This document shows, in pieces, positions 55,590-64,000 of a stretch of DNA of 64,000 nucleotides; the first letter of the stretch is position 1; the number at the start of each line of letters is the position of its first letter. Under the pieces are notes generated by a model, which saw only the letters and a list, made by a program, of their open reading frames with translations, made no database searches and had not been told where the DNA came from. Source of the stretch: Pleomorphochaeta sp. (GTDB taxonomy: Bacteria; Spirochaetota; Spirochaetia; Sphaerochaetales; Sphaerochaetaceae); NCBI GenBank assembly GCA_050031695.1, contig JBNAIC010000029.1, positions 16,034-80,033 of the forward strand. Direction: 5' to 3'. The position numbers and the translations under genes are program-made.

Positions 55590-57377
55590 TTCTTCTGAAT
55601 CAAATCTAATTAAAAAAGTTCGACCATGAGGACAAACTGGCTCCTCTAATTCAAAAACCTTTTTTATTATATTAATAGCTGTGCTTTCATCAACAATATC
55701 TCCTTGTCTTATTGCACTATGACATGCTAAAACTGCAAATATTCCAGCTTCAATAGCCATAGAATCTCCTGTGTTATTTTTTATATAATTTACTATTTTA
55801 TCTTCAATTGGTTTATATACAGTAGGTATTGAACATAGTTGCCATAACATTGGTTCTATTTTTTTTATTTTTATACCTAAATTCATATATATATCTATAT
55901 TTGAATCTAAATAATTGTCAACATCTCTATCTACTTCAAATTCCAACGGTATTAATAGTTTTTGGACACTTTGTCTCTCTTTAATCTGATCAAAAAGTAT
56001 TCTTTCATGAGCAGCGTGTTGATCAATCAAATATAGCTGATTGTCCTTTTCTACAATAAGAAATAAATTAAAGGCTTGTCCAATATACTTAAAATCGTTT
56101 TCTTTTGTTTCTCTCCATATTGATGTTTCTACTATTTCCTCTTCATTTATTATACTTGTCGTTTCATTTGATAATATTTCTTTAGCTTTAGAAAACCAAT
56201 CTGGGTTTTTGGGCTTAGCATTTTCTCCTATTGAAGTTTCACTAACTTTTGTTGGTGTTTTGTTTATAAAAAATGAATTTGGTTTACTATAATTATTAAA
56301 TTTCAGTGGTATATTTGAAGATTCTTTGTCATTTGCTATTGGTAAATCTGATTGAAAGTATGTATTTTCTAATGAAGGAATTGGTCTATCCATTTGTTTT
56401 TGAATCATTGTAACAATACTATGATGTATTTCAGATTGTATTCTTATTTTAGCTTCCCTTTTTGATGGATGAATATTAAAATCAACTAAGGTTGGATCAA
56501 TATTAATAAATAGATAACAATAGGGGAAACTTCCACCTGGAAGTAATTCTCCATAACCATATGTAACAGCTTGAACAAGTGCATAATTTTGAATAGGTCT
56601 ATTGTTTATATATATTTTTATATTTGATCTATCACTTCTTTTTATATAAGGTAGAGCAGCAACTGCATAAAGTGAATATCTTTCATATTTTGATGCTAAC
56701 TCAAGAGTATCTTTTAATAGTATTTTATTTTTAGAAGTCATTGAATTAACGATTCTTTCTTGTTTAGTAGTTTTAGGAAAATGTAATACTAATTTATCAT
56801 CAACATAATATCTAAATTCAATTTCATTAAATGCTAGTGCTTTTTCAATTAAAACATTTTTGCACATAGTTGCTTCAGTTGAAGGTCTTTTTAAGAATTG
56901 TCTTCTAGCTGGTATTTCAGCAAATAAATCTTCTACAATAATTCTTGAACCTTTATTTATTTCACTAGAAATTATCTTACTTTTCTTCCCATTATCTACA
57001 ATAATCGAATAAGCTTGTTCACCTTGGTAACTACTAGCAATAGTTAATTTGCTTACAGCTGAAATGGAATATAAAGCTTCACCTCTAAAACCCATACTAT
57101 TTAGATGGTATAAGTCTTCTAAGCTATTTACTTTGCTTGTAGTATGACTATCTGTACATATTAATAAATCTTCTTTATTTATACCTATGCCATCATCAAT
57201 TAATACAATTTCATCTAAACCACCATTTTTTAATTTTAATGTTATATTTTGTGCTTTAGCATCAATTGAATTATCTATTAACTCTCTGACAACTGATGCA
57301 GGTCTTTCAATAACTTCTCCTGCTGCTATTCTTTGAGCAACTAATTTATTTAATTCATGTATTCTCATAATATTCAT
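55563..57377 (-). CDS. mutL: DNA mismatch repair protein MutL
   Basis: QRIAAGEVIERPASVVRELIDNSIDA, GFRGEAL and C-terminal dimerisation domain blocks. Either ATG (57377 or 57368) could be the start. Confidence 0.95.
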   Translation of the reverse strand: MNIMRIHELNKLVAQRIAAGEVIERPASVVRELIDNSIDAKAQNITLKLKNGGLDEIVLIDDGIGINKEDLLICTDSHTTSKVNSLEDLYHLNSMGFRGEALYSISAVSKLTIASSYQGEQAYSIIVDNGKKSKIISSEINKGSRIIVEDLFAEIPARRQFLKRPSTEATMCKNVLIEKALAFNEIEFRYYVDDKLVLHFPKTTKQERIVNSMTSKNKILLKDTLELASKYERYSLYAVAALPYIKRSDRSNIKIYINNRPIQNYALVQAVTYGYGELLPGGSFPYCYLFINIDPTLVDFNIHPSKREAKIRIQSEIHHSIVTMIQKQMDRPIPSLENTYFQSDLPIANDKESSNIPLKFNNYSKPNSFFINKTPTKVSETSIGENAKPKNPDWFSKAKEILSNETTSIINEEEIVETSIWRETKENDFKYIGQAFNLFLIVEKDNQLYLIDQHAAHERILFDQIKERQSVQKLLIPLEFEVDRDVDNYLDSNIDIYMNLGIKIKKIEPMLWQLCSIPTVYKPIEDKIVNYIKNNTGDSMAIEAGIFAVLACHSAIRQGDIVDESTAINIIKKVFELEEPVCPHGRTFLIRFDSEELKKAVGRT

Positions 57378-57501
57378 AATTATAGCATAATTAATTAAAT
57401 TAGTTATAAAAAAATATTATGACTATAGAGTAATATTAGACTTGTTACAATATTGTAAAGGATTAATGTTATACTAGCTATTTTTAATACATCATTTTAA
57501 G

Positions 57502-57538
57502 TAAAAATCTCCTAATGAAATTTAATTCACTAGGAGAT
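57502..57538 (-). terminator. terminator of the outer-membrane-protein operon
   Basis: ATCTCCTAATGAA and TTCACTAGGAGAT arms (one mismatch). A T5 run follows on the minus strand. Lies about 25 nt past the stop. Confidence 0.6.
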
Positions 57539-57561
57539 ATATTATTAAATTAAAATAATTT

Positions 57562-60500
57562 TTAAAATTCAAAATCTAATTTGTAATTCAAGTAAAAACT
57601 AAGTTTTAATGGTGTAGTAGTAGATTCTGGAACTGTTACTGATGTGGTTAAGGATAAATTATTTAAATCATAAGTAATATATCCACCATATTCTGCATCT
57701 GCATTATAAATAAATGAACTTATATCAGAAATGCTTTTAACATGTTCAATAAAATCATTGTACAATAAATATCCACCAAGAGTGAAATTATCTATTATAA
57801 ATGATAAATCTAAATCTAATAAATCATTATCATAACTAAAATCAGAAGCATCAAAAGGTATTGTATAATATAATGATAAATCTATTTTATCATTTTCATA
57901 TCCTAAGTTAGCTAAAAATGAAAGTGTATTTGTATCCACTGCGTAGAATATTGTCCTTGTAGTAGCTTTATGTATCATATTAGTTGTAAACTCATCTGAG
58001 TCTTCGGTAACTAAATAGTTTGCACCTAAAGATAAACTTAAGGTTTCAGAACTAACAGCTATTGAAGTATTAGCTAAATAATTAGGAATTAAATTAGTAC
58101 TTGATGGATTTAAGATGGTTTGAAAATTAACAGTAGGGGATGCGCTAAAGTATGTAGTTGCACCTAAATTTAATTTTAATTGAATATCTTTATTATTTAC
58201 AGGTATAAAATCAAAATTTAATGAAGGATAAACATTAATACTAGATGAGTTGCCAATACCAATTGCACCTAGTTTTATTTTAAATATGTCAACTGGATTA
58301 AAGTCCACATTTATTGAAACATTTTCTTCAGTAGTGTCATTTAAAGGATCATAAATATTTACATTTGATAAAGAAGTGTAAATTGATGTAGTATCAAATG
58401 CAAACTTTAAGTTGAAATGTAAAGTGTCCCCACCTAGTTCATTATATGAAATTGCTGAATCATAAGTGTTATTAAATTCATCTCTATTTAAATCTAAATT
58501 TAATTTATCACTATCAGTATACCATTTGAAATGATCAACAATATCAATTACATATTCAGTTATTTCTTCAGTAGTTGATGGGAAAGGATATAAATCAGTT
58601 GAAATCGCAAATGAATCATCCATATCAGCACTTAATTGTAGAGCAAAAGAGAATCCCCCATGAGATATATATGGATATATTGTTAAATTACCATAGTAAT
58701 CATTATTAACAAAAGTAGAATCTTTTACATCAGCATTAATATTTAGAGAAGTATCAAGACCTACATGTGTTTTAATTTTTAAATCTTCACCTGTATAAAT
58801 ATTAGCTTTTTTTACAACTACTGTACTTTCATCTTGTTCAGTTTCATCTTCTTTTTCTAAAGTAGATTCTTCTTCTTGTGTAACTGCTTCTTCATCTACA
58901 ATCAACATTTCTTGTTTTTTAACTTTATAAGAAATTGGTTTGAATTTAGGTTTTGCAATATTATTGATTTCTTCAACTTTTACTTCAGCTTTAAATTGTG
59001 GCTGATTTGGAACTTCCGATATATTTGTTTTATCATTTATAGAAGTTTCAATAAAACTAGGTATTTCAGGAACTGTTGGATACTCAAGTGATATTTTATT
59101 TGTTATTTGTACATTGTTAAGTGTTGTTGATGCACTTGTGAATAATGGAGATATTAAGAATTCTGATAAATTATCAGGTATTTTAATTAAGCTTAAGTAA
59201 TTTTGTAAATTAACATCTCTTTCAAAAGTTTCTAAATTTAATGAAGTTAATAGACCATTGTCTATTTCATTTAAATTAGAAGAATATGTTTTAGCATAAT
59301 GAGTTGAAATAATTTCAGTATCTCTAACATTTAATTTATAATTTTGTATTTCAGAATATCCAACACCCGTTGTTAAAGTTGGAACACCGTTTATTTTAAC
59401 TAAATGTGCATCATTATTATTTCCATCAATAAACAAATTTATTCCAGTTAAATTATTTAAAATATATTCAGAATTATATTCATAACAACGTAAATTAGAA
59501 ACTAGAATAACATAATCAGCTACTTCATTAGCTTCATTTATTGCTTTTTGTGCATTATTAATAACTATTTCATCAGTTAGTTTTACACCATTAATACTAG
59601 TTAAATCTGAAGGAGAAGAAAGGCCTAAAACAGCAATTTTAAAATTGTCATATAAATAGAGGCCAAAAGGATTGAAATAGAAAAGATCTTCTTCATTCAT
59701 AGCATTACTACTAATAAAGTTGATGTTTGATTTCATATCATATTGTTGAAGATTATTAATTCCATTACTAAAATCTACTGCACCAGGTACAAAAATATCA
59801 TAACCAATCATATCTAAAATTTGTGATGCAGTTTTACCATTATCAAAATTAACAAATGTAGATCCTCTTAAAGTATTACCAGCATCAATTAATAAGATAT
59901 TTTCATTATTCTTTTTTGCTGAATTAATAATTCCAGATAAACTTGGTAAATCTAAATTAGAAACATTTCCTTGTCCATTTCCAGTAACGATAAAGTTAAT
60001 AGTTGTAATATCATCAAAATTATTACTTTTTTGAATAGGTTTTATTCCTAATAAATAATTTGCATTTAAGAAATCTGTCCTTAGTTGTTCGCTTAATGTT
60101 TTATATTCTTTTAACAGATTTTGTTCTTTATAGGCATATTCTGCTCTAATTAAATTTACAAGATCATCATTTGATTCTAAATTTATACTAGCATTTAGAT
60201 AATCACTTGGAATGTCAATTTTGATATTATTTTTATTCTTCATATCAATAAATTGTGCACTTTCCATATTTGTTGTTTGATTTGTTAATGCATTATATGA
60301 GGTACCATAACCTTGATAAAAAACACCATATTCTAAATCCTCATTACTTATTACATTAATTTTTGCAGGAGAATTAAATTCATATTTACTAACTGGAGAT
60401 AATATTTGATATTTTTCTACAAATAACGAGTCGGTTTCTAAAGTAATTTGGCCATCAATTAAATAAATGATTGGTTCAGATTCAAATGGGTTAATTACGA

Positions 60501-60765
60501 CAATACTATTATCAAAAATTTCTAAAGTGCCATATTCATAATCAATAGTTACGTTCTTATCTTTAGTTCTAAAAATAGTTTTTCCATTCAAAGGAATGTT
60601 GCTATTAGAAGTAATAAGCATTTTTTTACCAAATTCATTATATATAGATAATGAATTTATGTCACCTTTAGAAATATTAAATGATACCGTTTGTGCTAGT
60701 AAACTAGATAAACTTATAAGTAATGTCATCAATATTAGTATAATTTTTTTTCTAAATTTATTCAT
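57562..60765 (-). CDS. large secreted multidomain protein: FecR-like domain, catalytically degenerate 5'-nucleotidase/metallophosphatase-like domain, acidic linker, C-terminal beta-barrel-like region
   Basis: Signal peptide ending LLA-QT. Residues 255-480 are collinear with the UshA-type N-domain but lack the metal ligands. The C-terminus YLNYKLDFEF is a classical OMP beta-signal. Confidence 0.62.
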   Translation of the reverse strand: MNKFRKKIILILMTLLISLSSLLAQTVSFNISKGDINSLSIYNEFGKKMLITSNSNIPLNGKTIFRTKDKNVTIDYEYGTLEIFDNSIVVINPFESEPIIYLIDGQITLETDSLFVEKYQILSPVSKYEFNSPAKINVISNEDLEYGVFYQGYGTSYNALTNQTTNMESAQFIDMKNKNNIKIDIPSDYLNASINLESNDDLVNLIRAEYAYKEQNLLKEYKTLSEQLRTDFLNANYLLGIKPIQKSNNFDDITTINFIVTGNGQGNVSNLDLPSLSGIINSAKKNNENILLIDAGNTLRGSTFVNFDNGKTASQILDMIGYDIFVPGAVDFSNGINNLQQYDMKSNINFISSNAMNEEDLFYFNPFGLYLYDNFKIAVLGLSSPSDLTSINGVKLTDEIVINNAQKAINEANEVADYVILVSNLRCYEYNSEYILNNLTGINLFIDGNNNDAHLVKINGVPTLTTGVGYSEIQNYKLNVRDTEIISTHYAKTYSSNLNEIDNGLLTSLNLETFERDVNLQNYLSLIKIPDNLSEFLISPLFTSASTTLNNVQITNKISLEYPTVPEIPSFIETSINDKTNISEVPNQPQFKAEVKVEEINNIAKPKFKPISYKVKKQEMLIVDEEAVTQEEESTLEKEDETEQDESTVVVKKANIYTGEDLKIKTHVGLDTSLNINADVKDSTFVNNDYYGNLTIYPYISHGGFSFALQLSADMDDSFAISTDLYPFPSTTEEITEYVIDIVDHFKWYTDSDKLNLDLNRDEFNNTYDSAISYNELGGDTLHFNLKFAFDTTSIYTSLSNVNIYDPLNDTTEENVSINVDFNPVDIFKIKLGAIGIGNSSSINVYPSLNFDFIPVNNKDIQLKLNLGATTYFSASPTVNFQTILNPSSTNLIPNYLANTSIAVSSETLSLSLGANYLVTEDSDEFTTNMIHKATTRTIFYAVDTNTLSFLANLGYENDKIDLSLYYTIPFDASDFSYDNDLLDLDLSFIIDNFTLGGYLLYNDFIEHVKSISDISSFIYNADAEYGGYITYDLNNLSLTTSVTVPESTTTPLKLSFYLNYKLDFEF

Positions 60766-60780
60766 AATCCAATCCTTTAT

Positions 60781-62121
60781 CTATAAAATAGAAAACATAT
60801 AACCTAAGGAGTAGGTAGGCTCTATGTTTCCATCTTCATCACCAATAATAGAAACATTAACAATTATTTCATTGACTTGATAGAAAACAATGTTTGCTGA
60901 AAGAGTAGCTTCAATATTTTTCAAAGTAGTAAATCCATCAAAGAACGATTCACTAAATTGATTAGTTGTAGTATCTTTTATAAAATTCTTTTCAGCATAA
61001 ACAGCTAAGTTTGAAATTGGCCCGATTGCTTTTTCACTACTTAAAGTTAAGCCAAAATTATAAGACTCTAAACTAACATCTTCAAATTCTAATTCAGAAG
61101 ATAAAATAATATCAGATAAACCATTATTAGAATAATATCCAGTATTACCAGAAATAATAAAATCAGGCTTAAATTGTGGAATAATAGTTTTAGCTAATAA
61201 ATCAAGGTTACCACTTCCAAAATCATCAAATGAAGCATCTGATTCTACAATATTTTTAACATGAATATCATAAGTATAAGTTGTAAAATACCAACCATAT
61301 AGTCCAGCTCTTTGTGACAACTGTCTACTATATGAATCGTCATCTTCATCATAAATAACTTCACTAATTAAGTCATAATAAGGAATTAAGCTTGAAGAAG
61401 TTGATTTAAAGACTGGTAACTGAATATCATAGGCTAAATCAAACCAATTTGTATCTGAATTATTATATTCAGTTCTATATAATACTGTATAACCTAATGA
61501 TATATTATTTACAAAGTTGTTATTTATAAAGAATAAAGGATTAACGCCAACTCTACCACCTAATAGATCTGGATTAAACATATCAGTTGTAATTAATTCT
61601 AATGAAATAGGTATATTAAATTTATTAGCATCAATTTTAATTTGTGCCCCAGCTCTTGTTTCAAATGTTAAAACATTTTCATCTTCATAGTGATATAGTA
61701 ATGCACCATCTCCAATTGTACTATTTGTAATTTTTCCAATTCGAAGGGCAAGTTCATTATTAAAATTACCTAGTTGAATATAATTTAAAAAACTTAAAAA
61801 GAACTTAGTATATGAAATAGAATCTGCTACGATATCATTTTCACTTTCTGGCAATTCATAAGTAGAATAATCAAAAGTAATAATAGAAGATGTATCAATT
61901 TTAAAGTACAAAGGAACATTTAATTCTATTGAAAAATTTTCGCTTGTATAGGAAGGAAGAGCAACGAAACTTAAAGGATATTCTCTATCTACTTCTGCTC
62001 CACTCTCATCTATTTCTGTCGAACTATAATTCAGCCCAAAATCAAAACCAATACCGGCAAAAGTGGATAAGTTAAATGCAAATAAAATTAATAATGATAG
62101 AAATATTCGTTTATTCTTCAC
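60781..62121 (-). CDS. putative outer-membrane beta-barrel protein
   Basis: Start reassigned to GTG 62121, 6 nt after SD AAGGAG, giving signal peptide VKNKRIFLSLLILFAFNLSTFA. Alternating beta-strand pattern with aromatic-rich strand ends. Confidence 0.55.
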   Translation of the reverse strand: MKNKRIFLSLLILFAFNLSTFAGIGFDFGLNYSSTEIDESGAEVDREYPLSFVALPSYTSENFSIELNVPLYFKIDTSSIITFDYSTYELPESENDIVADSISYTKFFLSFLNYIQLGNFNNELALRIGKITNSTIGDGALLYHYEDENVLTFETRAGAQIKIDANKFNIPISLELITTDMFNPDLLGGRVGVNPLFFINNNFVNNISLGYTVLYRTEYNNSDTNWFDLAYDIQLPVFKSTSSSLIPYYDLISEVIYDEDDDSYSRQLSQRAGLYGWYFTTYTYDIHVKNIVESDASFDDFGSGNLDLLAKTIIPQFKPDFIISGNTGYYSNNGLSDIILSSELEFEDVSLESYNFGLTLSSEKAIGPISNLAVYAEKNFIKDTTTNQFSESFFDGFTTLKNIEATLSANIVFYQVNEIIVNVSIIGDEDGNIEPTYSLGYMFSIL

Positions 62122-62247
62122 AATAAGCTCCTTTAATTCATGAATAACAACTAAATTATACATTATAAATGGTCATGTTAAAAGTACTTTATTTTAACTA
62201 ATAACAAAAACTTGTGAAAATGAAGATATATTACATAAATTAAGTAA

Positions 62248-63009
62248 CTAATCCCTAGAGATTTTATCTGAAAAATTGTGAGCTTTAAAAATATGTTCTC
62301 TTGTTAATTTATCAATATGGCATAAAGATGAAATTATTGGTTTTAATTTTGATCTAATATTTGTTTTATCATATGGACAAACTGGTTTAACTACAGGTAA
62401 ATCATAATTATTAACTAATCGTATTAATACATTTTCATGAACTTCAATCATAGGCCTAATTATAAACAAAGTTGAGCTAAAAAATTCTTGTACTGGTAAC
62501 ATTGTTGAAAAATTACCTCGAAAACAAGTGTTTATTAATGTTGTTTCAACCAAATCATCTAAGTGATGTCCTAATGCAATTATTTTCATATTATTATCTT
62601 TTGCGTAATTGAATAATATTCTCCTTCTATTTCTAGAACAAAGATAGCAATTAAATTCACCTTTAAAAGAGACGGGATACTGAGGTTCATCAAATATTTC
62701 AAAGTCTATTTCTAAATCTTTAAAAAACTGAATTAATCTTTCTTTTGCATCATCACTTATTGGGTGTTCAATCCAATTTATCATTATTGCCTTTAAATTA
62801 TAGTTAATGGGTAACCATTTTTTTCTCAAAGAGAGTGCTAAAGCTAGAGCTAATGAGTCTTTGCCTCCCGAAACAGAAAGTAAAATAGTTTCTTTATCTT
62901 TTATCATATCAAACTTATTTATTGTTCTTCCTGTTTGTTTTATATATCTTCTAATCCAAGGTGGAATATCTCCTTTAATTAGTTTTTTATAACTTATTTT
63001 TTCACACAT
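62248..63009 (-). CDS. ttcA: tRNA 2-thiocytidine biosynthesis protein TtcA (PP-loop ATPase)
   Basis: PP-loop SVSGGKDS, CYLCSRNRRR and a second Cys pair (CPYD), as in TtcA. Confidence 0.83.
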   Translation of the reverse strand: MCEKISYKKLIKGDIPPWIRRYIKQTGRTINKFDMIKDKETILLSVSGGKDSLALALALSLRKKWLPINYNLKAIMINWIEHPISDDAKERLIQFFKDLEIDFEIFDEPQYPVSFKGEFNCYLCSRNRRRILFNYAKDNNMKIIALGHHLDDLVETTLINTCFRGNFSTMLPVQEFFSSTLFIIRPMIEVHENVLIRLVNNYDLPVVKPVCPYDKTNIRSKLKPIISSLCHIDKLTREHIFKAHNFSDKISRD

Positions 63010-64000
63010 ATTTTTATTGCCTTATTAACTTCCTCTATTGTAATTTCATTTATGGTGAATATTCGCATTTTTCTTAAAGATCTTTCAAACCCTTTTATTA
63101 CATTTTGATTAAAAATATCATCAATTTGTTTAAAAGATTCTATTTTACCTGTTTTAAAAAGAATTGGTATGTCTATTTCAAAAGAAATAGGTTCTGGAAT
63201 ATCTATAATTACTTGATCATGTCTTAAAGTTGGATGATTTTTTTTAAGTTCATTATATATTATATTTTCATATTTATTTCTAAGTCCTAAATCTAGGCAA
63301 TTTTTATGAAAAGTAGTAGAAGAATCAAAATTTTCTTCTAATATAGTATTTAATAATTTATTATCTCTAACATCTAATACATTTTGGAAACTATTTTTAT
63401 TTTCTATAGCTAATGAATTAAAACTATAATCATCTAAATTATATAATTGATTATCTTTAATAATATTATTATTAAGATTATATATTAAACATTTTTTTAT
63501 CATAGCTGTTGCGCATCTAACTCTTTTATGCCAATAAACAGTTTTATACATTTGATATTTCGAAAAAATTAAATTTTCTAATGATAATTTTGCGCTTTCT
63601 AAAATAGTATTGTAACCATCATGGATTGTTAAATGCGATATAATATATGAACTATCTTGTATCCCATATGTTACTCCTGCAAAAAAAGCATCTCTATTTA
63701 AATAATCTAATTTATCAGGGTCTAATGCACCAGATAATAATGATTTATAAAGTTTTATTTCATTATTTATTGGCTTTTCATTAAAGTTTAATATATTGCA
63801 AATTTTTAAAATATCAAAGTTCTTGTTAATTAATATTTTATTTAATTCAGTATCTTTATCACTAATTATATTAGTTGCTAAAACTTCATGATCAATTAAT
63901 GGTAATTCTTTTAAAGAATGTGTATAAGGAAAATGTCCAATATCATGTAATAACGCAGCTAGTAAAAAAGAATTTACGCCATCAAGAGTAAAGAACATAT
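62994..64000 (-). CDS. HD-domain phosphohydrolase (COG1078/SAMHD1-like), N-terminus outside window
   Basis: AALLHDIGHFPYTHS and LDPDKLDYLNRD blocks. The frame is open to the window edge and the usual upstream H...HSLGV segment is missing. Confidence 0.82.
   Translation of the reverse strand, partial: MFFTLDGVNSFLLAALLHDIGHFPYTHSLKELPLIDHEVLATNIISDKDTELNKILINKNFDILKICNILNFNEKPINNEIKLYKSLLSGALDPDKLDYLNRDAFFAGVTYGIQDSSYIISHLTIHDGYNTILESAKLSLENLIFSKYQMYKTVYWHKRVRCATAMIKKCLIYNLNNNIIKDNQLYNLDDYSFNSLAIENKNSFQNVLDVRDNKLLNTILEENFDSSTTFHKNCLDLGLRNKYENIIYNELKKNHPTLRHDQVIIDIPEPISFEIDIPILFKTGKIESFKQIDDIFNQNVIKGFERSLRKMRIFTINEITIEEVNKAIKICVKK

Noticed and set aside
4581-62992. About 30 short ORFs in the track lie inside, and mostly antisense to, the large conserved genes. 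Examples: 4581-4817, 6089-6283, 8716-8925, 12555-12737, 14338-14781, 15863-16069, 17052-17411, 17637-17909, 19173-19547, 19983-20177, 20839-21048, 21699-21920, 22102-22377, 25588-26130, 26998-27297, 27078-27281, 31952-32143, 32138-32389, 36192-36482, 38334-38519, 41121-41399, 42707-42910, 43595-43819, 44601-44843, 46922-47173, 53122-53310, 56041-56292, 58876-59091, 60596-60802, 62807-62992.
   Set aside because: Each is fully embedded in a gene with strong family motifs. They have low-complexity I/L/F/S-rich translations and no SD. They are the shadow frames expected in A+T-rich DNA with few stop codons on the complementary strand.
1-64000. CRISPR arrays, IS elements, integrases, prophage genes, toxin-antitoxin pairs or known defence-system genes.
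   Set aside because: No direct-repeat/spacer periodicity was seen. No transposase, recombinase, nuclease or ATPase pairing typical of defence islands appears among the translated ORFs. All gaps larger than 150 nt were read and contain only promoter or terminator-like sequence.

Overview
Very A+T-rich, densely coded 64-kb chromosomal segment with 54 supportable CDS. I recognised no rRNA, tRNA, CRISPR array, transposase, integrase or prophage gene. Several secreted proteins end in beta-barrel-type aromatic signals and the solute-binding protein has a non-lipoprotein signal peptide. Together with pyruvate formate-lyase, Fe-S L-serine dehydratase and XdhC/YqeB Mo-hydroxylase maturation genes, this points to a low-GC diderm anaerobe. 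It could be spirochaete-like or fusobacterium-like, but I cannot assign a taxon without a search. Housekeeping content: cysS, valS, lon, murB, mutL, recO, recJ, rpsU, serA-serC-lrp, ackA, arcC, ttcA. The accessory part is a carbohydrate/inositol island at about 21.5-40 kb. It holds a GH63/trehalase-like hydrolase, a GntR-type regulator, a Ugp/CUT1-like ABC importer without an ATPase gene, a histidine phosphatase, a cytosolic GDPD and a PfkB kinase. Next to these is a LacI-controlled iolB-iolD-iolE-iolG operon. That operon lacks iolC/iolJ/iolA and continues instead into an archaeal-type (type II) GAPDH homologue, an archaeal-type PGK homologue and a LarA (nickel-pincer racemase/epimerase) homologue. 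This is my top candidate for undescribed biology. Other notable items: a pyruvate formate-lyase split by a roughly 70-80 nt insert into a 687-aa catalytic subunit and an 80-aa glycyl-radical subunit with its own SD and ATG; a 1067-aa outer-membrane protein with a degenerate 5'-nucleotidase-like domain; a domain-swapped XdhC; and a 12-bp palindrome shared by two divergent promoter regions. All product calls rest on motif-level recognition from reading the translations. No database search was run.
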